A stretch of 47,726 nucleotides of DNA. Origin: Sphingobacteriaceae bacterium (GTDB taxonomy: Bacteria > Bacteroidota > Bacteroidia > Sphingobacteriales > Sphingobacteriaceae). Positions 42,915-47,726 of this stretch are shown piece by piece. The notes below the pieces were generated by a model. The model searched no databases. It was not told the DNA's origin and worked only from the letters and a program-made list of their open reading frames with translations. The position numbers and the translations under genes were made by a program. The DNA is taken from contig JACMJM010000046.1 of the NCBI GenBank assembly GCA_014380615.1, forward strand, positions 1 through 47,726, read 5' to 3'. Each line of letters opens with the position of its first letter. The first letter of the stretch is position 1.

Positions 42915-44639
42915 TTAAATTTCATTAGTTATTCTTTTCGAGATCGGGATAATGAAACCGAAAGTGCTTCCTTCTCCCACTTTGCTTTTCAGAAAAATGC
43001 GGCCCTTTTGCGCTTCAATAAAATCTTTTGAGATGGCCAGCCCTAAGCCCGTGCCGGTTTTTTGCTTTTCGTGGGAAGGCACCTGAAAGTACCTGTCAAA
43101 AATTCGCTTCTGATACTTTTCTTCAATTCCCGGCCCTGCATCGGTAACCAAAAATTCCACTACATCCTCGCCCGACTTCAGGTGTAAAAAAATTGTTCCG
43201 TAATCGGGACTGTAGCGCAACGCATTTGATAAAAAATTCACCAATACCCAGGCGGTCTTTTCCTCATCTGCGACAACATTGGGCAGGTTTTCATCGCACT
43301 TAACGTCGATAACAACATTCTTCTGGCTTGCCTGAAATTGAACGGTATTTTTGGCATATTCCACTATCGCCATCGGAGCAGCTTCATTCAAATTCAAATG
43401 GATATTGCCGCTTTCCACCTGAGATAAATCAAGAAGTTCGCCGGTAATTCGTAAAAGCCGGGAGGTATCTTCCTTAATATTTTTAATTAGCGACCGCTGC
43501 TCGGTATTAACCAATCCAACACGCTCGTCTTCTAACAATTTCAGGCATAGCTTTATCGATGAAATAGGTGTTTTTAACTCGTGAGATATGGTAGCTATGA
43601 AATTTGTTTTAGCCGCGTCCAGCTCATGGAACCGGGTGATATTTTTCAGGATAATTACCTTTCCCAAGGCCTCGTCGTTATTTCTTACCTCTATTGTCTC
43701 TTTAGTGAAATACCTTTCACCCGACTTGCTTTTAAATGCTATTTCCTTATTATTCTCGCGTGTAAGGGCCTGCCTGAACAAACCATTAGTTAAAGCGATG
43801 TCGGGTGCGTAAACACCAATCAGCCGGGTACTATCCAAGCCGAAAAGCTCGGCCGAAACCGTATTTATAAAGAGGATATTTTGTTGCTCATCTAAGCCCA
43901 CGATAGCATCGTTCATGCTATCAATAAGGGTTTCTATTCTTCTTTTCTCAGATAATATCTGTGCCAGATTAATACTTTCGAACTCTTTTAATTTAATGGC
44001 CATGGCGTTAAAAGCCCGGGCCAATTCTCCGAGTTCGTCGTTGGTTTCAATATTAAGTTGTTGATTATACTCCTTATTTGAAATTGCTTTAATACCTGAT
44101 AAAAGTTCATGAAGCGGGTCGGCGATATAGCCCGGAAAGTTGACCATGAAACTAAAGCCTATTAAAAGGCAAAACACCGTAAGTATTCCCAGCGTAAAAG
44201 ACGCGTTTTTTGCTACTCGCTGCGTTTTAACGTTTTTCGAATACACAGACGCTAAGTTTAGATCCTGTACTTTGTCTAAAATATTTTGAATATCGATGAT
44301 AAGCGATGGTTTCAATTGCTCATTTTTAGGATCTTTAAGCATATTGAAGCTGTTTCGTAGCTGTCCTGTAAGTTCCGCTTCCCCGGGTTCGGTTATATTA
44401 ACTTCCTGCAGGTGCAAATACTTCTCGAACGATGCGATTTCCCTGTTACTGAAATTATCCGAATTATGGAGCAGAGTATTAAGCTTCCTGGTGTATTGAA
44501 GGCTTTTGTAATTCTCAGAAAGAATAGACTTAGAATTATCGGATAATCGTTGCAAATAAAGGCTGGCAAAAATCCCGACAATTAAATTAAGTAAAAAAAG
44601 CAGGCCGATTCCTAACCGAAGTTTGCTTTTAATGTTCAT
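42915..44639 (-). CDS. Sensor histidine kinase (two TM helices, HAMP, HisKA, HATPase_c)
   Basis: TM1 is LGIGLLFLLNLIVGIFASLYL and TM2 is FTLGILTVFCLLIGFSFMV. A HAMP-like linker follows. The H-box is FIATISHELKTPISSI. The C-terminal HATPase region has G-boxes (TDAGPGIEEKYQKRIFDRYFQ, GTGLGLAIS). Confidence 0.85.
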   Translation of the reverse strand: MNIKSKLRLGIGLLFLLNLIVGIFASLYLQRLSDNSKSILSENYKSLQYTRKLNTLLHNSDNFSNREIASFEKYLHLQEVNITEPGEAELTGQLRNSFNMLKDPKNEQLKPSLIIDIQNILDKVQDLNLASVYSKNVKTQRVAKNASFTLGILTVFCLLIGFSFMVNFPGYIADPLHELLSGIKAISNKEYNQQLNIETNDELGELARAFNAMAIKLKEFESINLAQILSEKRRIETLIDSMNDAIVGLDEQQNILFINTVSAELFGLDSTRLIGVYAPDIALTNGLFRQALTRENNKEIAFKSKSGERYFTKETIEVRNNDEALGKVIILKNITRFHELDAAKTNFIATISHELKTPISSIKLCLKLLEDERVGLVNTEQRSLIKNIKEDTSRLLRITGELLDLSQVESGNIHLNLNEAAPMAIVEYAKNTVQFQASQKNVVIDVKCDENLPNVVADEEKTAWVLVNFLSNALRYSPDYGTIFLHLKSGEDVVEFLVTDAGPGIEEKYQKRIFDRYFQVPSHEKQKTGTGLGLAISKDFIEAQKGRIFLKSKVGEGSTFGFIIPISKRITNEI

Positions 44640-44681
44640 CAGAGTATACCGTTTAAAGAGTAAGAAACCTGCCTGTGCTTT

Positions 44682-44699
44682 TTATGGCCCCGGCCATAA
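44682..44699. promoter_or_regulatory. Perfect 18-bp palindrome TTATGGCCCCGGCCATAA upstream of the histidine kinase gene
   Basis: The site is exactly self-complementary and lies 43-60 nt upstream of the HK start codon (44639), in the 221-bp spacer between the response regulator and kinase genes. Confidence 0.45.
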
Positions 44700-44770
44700 G
44701 GAGCGAGTTATAAACTCATGCAGGATTCATTAATTTTTTATGGTACGCTAATGGTGTGCCGAAAACAGAA

Positions 44771-44798
44771 AGTGCCCTTAATTTGCATTAAGGGCACT
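44771..44798 (-). terminator. Putative intrinsic terminator after the sigma54-dependent response regulator gene
   Basis: agtgcccttaat-ttgc-attaagggcact is a 12-bp perfect stem with a 4-nt loop. On the minus strand it is followed by ttctgttttcgg (U-rich). It lies 63-90 nt downstream of the stop at 44861. Confidence 0.5.
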
Positions 44799-44860
44799 GT
44801 TACTAAAAATAAGGGATACGTTTTTATCAAAATGAAAAATTAATTTTTCATTTTGGGGTT

Positions 44861-46192
44861 TTACAAAATCTGGTACTCATCAATTTTTCGGTATAAAGTA
44901 GTTAAACCTATGTTGAGAATTTTAGCAGCTTCGGCCTTATTTCCCTGGGTAATTATCAAAACTTTTTGAATATGTGCTTTTTCAATGCTGTTTAAACTAA
45001 GGCCCGGGTTTGCTTCATTTGATTCCAGGCGATAATCAATCGGGAGGTCATCTTCCGAAAGGATTCCCCCGTTAGCCAGAATCACCATTCTTTCCATTAC
45101 ATTTTTAAGTTCTCTCACATTCCCTCTCCAATTCAGTTCTTTCATTTTGCTTAACAATCCTCCGCTTAACTCGCTAACCTTGCCATTACATTTCAAATTA
45201 AATTCCTCCAGATAATAGCCCGCCAGTATAGCAATGTCTTCTTTTCGGTCGCGCAGGGGCGGTAATGTTATTTTGAACGTAGAAAGCCTGTAATACAAAT
45301 CTTCTCTAAAGTGTCCTGTTTTAATCTCCTCCAGTAAAGTTCGGTTGGTGGCGGCAATCAGGCGCATATCAACTTTCGAGCTTTTTGTTTCGCCCACTTT
45401 TATAAATTCTCCCGATTCGAGTACCCTTAACAGCTTTGCCTGCAGGTCGGGGCTCATTTCACCGATTTCATCGAGGAAAAGCGTACCTCCGTCGGCTTCT
45501 TCTAACAGGCCCCTCTTATCTTTCACCGCACCCGTAAACGCCCCGGCTTTGTGGCCAAATAGCTCACTTTCCAAAATCTCCCTCGAAAACGCACTGCAAT
45601 TTATCGCGACAAACGACTTGTCGGCACGCTTACTTTCGTGATGAATAGACTGAGCAAACACCTCCTTCCCTGTTCCGGTTTCGCCGGTTAGTAAAACGGT
45701 GGCATCAGTTTTTGCAACCTTCCGGGCCAATTCTATTGCCTGCTTTATGGCGGCAGATTCGCCCGTGATTTTATCGAAGCTATATTTTCGCGAAACTTTA
45801 TGCTCCAGCTCTTTGATACGGGCATGAAGCTTAATTTTTTCGAAAGCCTTGCTGGTTAAAGGAATTATTCTTTCGTTATCATCGCCTTTAGTTAAGTAGT
45901 CAAAAGCTCCGTTTTGCATGGCTTTTACACCGTCGGAGATGGTGCCGTAAGCCGTTAATACAATCACTTCAATAGCCGGATAACGGCTTTTAATAATTTT
46001 ACAAAAGTCGACCCCGTTGCCATCGGGTAAGCGGACATCACTTAAAACCAGATTGACTTCTTCCTTTTGCAGGATAAATTCGGCCGATTTAACAGACTCC
46101 GCTTCCAATATCCGATAGCCTTCAAGCTTTAATATTCTGGCTAAAAGCTCTCGCAACTTTGGTTCGTCGTCTATAATAAGAATGGATTGCAT
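44861..46192 (-). CDS. Sigma-54-dependent response regulator (NtrC/ZraR/AtoC family: REC, AAA+ sigma54-interaction, Fis-type HTH)
   Basis: The REC domain carries IIDDEPKLRELL...LVLSDVRLPDGNG. The AAA+ domain carries Walker A (GETGTGKE) and the GAFTGA motif (FGHKAGAFTGA). A C-terminal Fis-type HTH (HIQKVLIITQGNKAEAAKILNIGLTTLYRKI) completes the domain set. Confidence 0.9.
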   Translation of the reverse strand: MQSILIIDDEPKLRELLARILKLEGYRILEAESVKSAEFILQKEEVNLVLSDVRLPDGNGVDFCKIIKSRYPAIEVIVLTAYGTISDGVKAMQNGAFDYLTKGDDNERIIPLTSKAFEKIKLHARIKELEHKVSRKYSFDKITGESAAIKQAIELARKVAKTDATVLLTGETGTGKEVFAQSIHHESKRADKSFVAINCSAFSREILESELFGHKAGAFTGAVKDKRGLLEEADGGTLFLDEIGEMSPDLQAKLLRVLESGEFIKVGETKSSKVDMRLIAATNRTLLEEIKTGHFREDLYYRLSTFKITLPPLRDRKEDIAILAGYYLEEFNLKCNGKVSELSGGLLSKMKELNWRGNVRELKNVMERMVILANGGILSEDDLPIDYRLESNEANPGLSLNSIEKAHIQKVLIITQGNKAEAAKILNIGLTTLYRKIDEYQIL

Positions 46193-46277
46193 AATACCAC
46201 TAAGGTGAAAAAAGAATTTTGCTTTTTTGATACTAAATTCGGCCCGGAATTAAATATGAGGTGTGTATCAGATTATA

Positions 46278-47024
46278 TCACAATTCCTTTAGAAAGTGCT
46301 TCCTCTGCCGACTGACAGGCACGCTCATCTGGTTGTCCATAATCAAATAACCGCCATCCGCCTTCTTAAACGACTCAACCCGGCTTTTGTTAATGAGCCA
46401 GGATTGGTGGATGCGGATGAATCCGTACATACTGAGAATCTGCTCATATTCGGAAATTGGCTTTGAGACAATGATCGGTTTACTTTCGTTATTGAGATAA
46501 AAGCTGGTATAGCTATTGTCGGAACCGCAGCAGACGATATTTTCGATTAGCACATACCTAATCTCGTTCTGATCTGCCAATGCTATTCGTTTCTGCGTGT
46601 TAAAATGCTGTTGCTGGTATGATTGAAGAAGCATATCAACCTGTTCTGTATGCCGATTTTTATTTTGCAGGCTTACCTTGTGTACCGCGGCAATTAATTC
46701 TTCCGGCACTACCGGTTTTAGCAGGTAATCTGTTGCGGAAAATTTGATGGCCTGTATGCCGTACTCATCGTGTGCTGTAACAAATATCAGGTGCGATGAA
46801 TTTCCCGGGAGGAGCTTTAAGAGATCAAAACCTGATTCCTGTTTCATCTTAATATCTAGGAATAAGATGTCGACCGCATTGGCTTTCATAAATCCGAGCG
46901 CAGGTTCAACTCCGTTGGCACTACCAGCAACTGTTAAAAAAGGGCAATACCGTTCAATCAGGGCAATAAGCGTTTTAACCGCACCCGGCTCATCGTCTAC
47001 GATAAAACAGCTAAGATTATTCAT
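46278..47024 (-). CDS. LytTR-family response regulator (REC + LytTR DNA-binding domain)
   Basis: The REC domain carries CFIVDDEPGAVKTL...ILFLDIKMKQESGFDLL. The C-terminal LytTR domain is ...IRYVLIENIVCCGSDNSYTSFYLNNESKPIIVSKPISEYEQIL...FIRIHQSWLINKSRV. A 4-nt overlap with the upstream kinase gene indicates an operon. Confidence 0.85.
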   Translation of the reverse strand: MNNLSCFIVDDEPGAVKTLIALIERYCPFLTVAGSANGVEPALGFMKANAVDILFLDIKMKQESGFDLLKLLPGNSSHLIFVTAHDEYGIQAIKFSATDYLLKPVVPEELIAAVHKVSLQNKNRHTEQVDMLLQSYQQQHFNTQKRIALADQNEIRYVLIENIVCCGSDNSYTSFYLNNESKPIIVSKPISEYEQILSMYGFIRIHQSWLINKSRVESFKKADGGYLIMDNQMSVPVSRQRKHFLKEL

Positions 47025-47726
47025 GCAAACCAGTTTCGAAAAGTAAATTTAGTAATTGTTCCGCTTCCGGGATGGCAGTTTATCGCCATATGGATAGCCA
47101 TTCCCTCTAGCTTTTCGTTATAAACGGCGATGCGCTTTCTAGTTAATGATAAGCCATGGCCCTCCCTCACCCCATCAGCATTCCACACGGTGCTGCCGTT
47201 ATCGGTAACCTTAACGCAAAGACTATTACTGTCTCTGGTAACCTCTATGCTTAACGCAGGATGGTAAAGTTCGTCTTTAAACGCATGTCGGATACTGTTT
47301 TCGAGTACAGGCTGCACTAACAGGGGTGGAAAATCGATTAACGAGGGCTCGAGACCCGGCGCAATGGATATATTATAGGAAAAAGCCCTTCGTTCCTGTT
47401 CGAGTTTTAAATAATCCTCTTCAAGCTTTAGTTCTTCCTTCAAGGATACAAATTCCTTCCGGCCATTGTCCATCACATCGCGCATAAAACCCGCTACATT
47501 GCCAATATAGGTATTTGCCTTTTCGGGATTACTGCTGTTGATAGTGCCCTGTATGGCGTTTAGTGAATTGAAAAGAAAATGGGGATTGAGTTGGCCGCTA
47601 AGTAATGAAAGGCGGGTTTCTACATCTTCATTTTTGCGTTTCATCGCCGCAAGCTTTTGCTTATTTCGTCTGTTCCAGAGATAAAAACCGATACTTCCTG
47701 CTGCTAACAAAAAGATACTGATAGCA
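47021..47726 (-). CDS. Sensor histidine kinase, LytS/His_kinase (PF06580)-type, partial; 5' end lies beyond the window
   Basis: The reading frame is open to the window edge, and the TTG at 47710 is probably internal. LNPHFLFNSLNAIQ is the signature H-box of LytS-type kinases. The HATPase domain follows (LLVQPVLENSIRHAF...GHGLSLTRKRI...). Confidence 0.8.
   Translation of the reverse strand, partial: AISIFLLAAGSIGFYLWNRRNKQKLAAMKRKNEDVETRLSLLSGQLNPHFLFNSLNAIQGTINSSNPEKANTYIGNVAGFMRDVMDNGRKEFVSLKEELKLEEDYLKLEQERRAFSYNISIAPGLEPSLIDFPPLLVQPVLENSIRHAFKDELYHPALSIEVTRDSNSLCVKVTDNGSTVWNADGVREGHGLSLTRKRIAVYNEKLEGMAIHMAINCHPGSGTITKFTFRNWFA

Noticed and set aside
1-47726. Searches for CRISPR arrays, tRNA/rRNA genes, transposases or integrases
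   Set aside because: No regularly spaced 25-40 bp repeats with unique spacers were seen. No cloverleaf-like tRNA candidates appeared in the short intergenic regions. No DDE, tyrosine or serine recombinase-like ORFs were found. The only repeat family found is the palindromic element at 28508 and 38197.

Overview
The window looks like a Bacteroidota (probably Sphingobacteriia-type) chromosomal segment. That call is an inference. It rests on secreted proteins with Bacteroidota-style signal peptides, lipoprotein motifs, ECF sigma modules, absence of Shine-Dalgarno-like leaders and several TAnnTTTG-like upstream motifs. The gene content is dominated by plant-polysaccharide degradation: GH26 mannanase-like, GH2 beta-galactosidase-like, a GH5/clan GH-A-like hydrolase, a GH28 pectinase-like beta-helix protein, a CE12 rhamnogalacturonan-acetylesterase-like SGNH hydrolase and an oligogalacturonate-lyase-like beta-propeller protein. 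Envelope and signalling genes include two ECF sigma modules (one followed by a DUF4097 beta-helix protein), a VapBC-like toxin-antitoxin pair, an MFS transporter, a Kup potassium transporter, a flotillin/SPFH protein with a small membrane partner, a sigma54-dependent two-component pair and a LytTR-type two-component pair. A giant 2886-aa gene has the full hallmarks of cyclic beta-1,2-glucan synthase (Cgs/NdvB type). The most unusual region is 17985-24311. It holds a cluster of hypothetical secreted proteins whose sizes, signal peptides and motifs resemble a chaperone-usher-type pilus system: three ~165-aa pilin-like proteins with donor-strand-like N-termini, a 273-aa protein with recognisable PapD-like chaperone N-domain motifs, and a 916-aa outer-membrane beta-barrel candidate usher. 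Such systems are not the classical pili of Bacteroidota, and the cluster is accompanied by conspicuous inverted and direct repeats in its intergenic regions. Two small genes appear frameshifted at TTT(T)AAAA runs. A repeated nested palindromic intergenic element occurs twice, 3' of the cgs-like gene and of the flotillin gene. No rRNA, tRNA, CRISPR or transposase was recognised.
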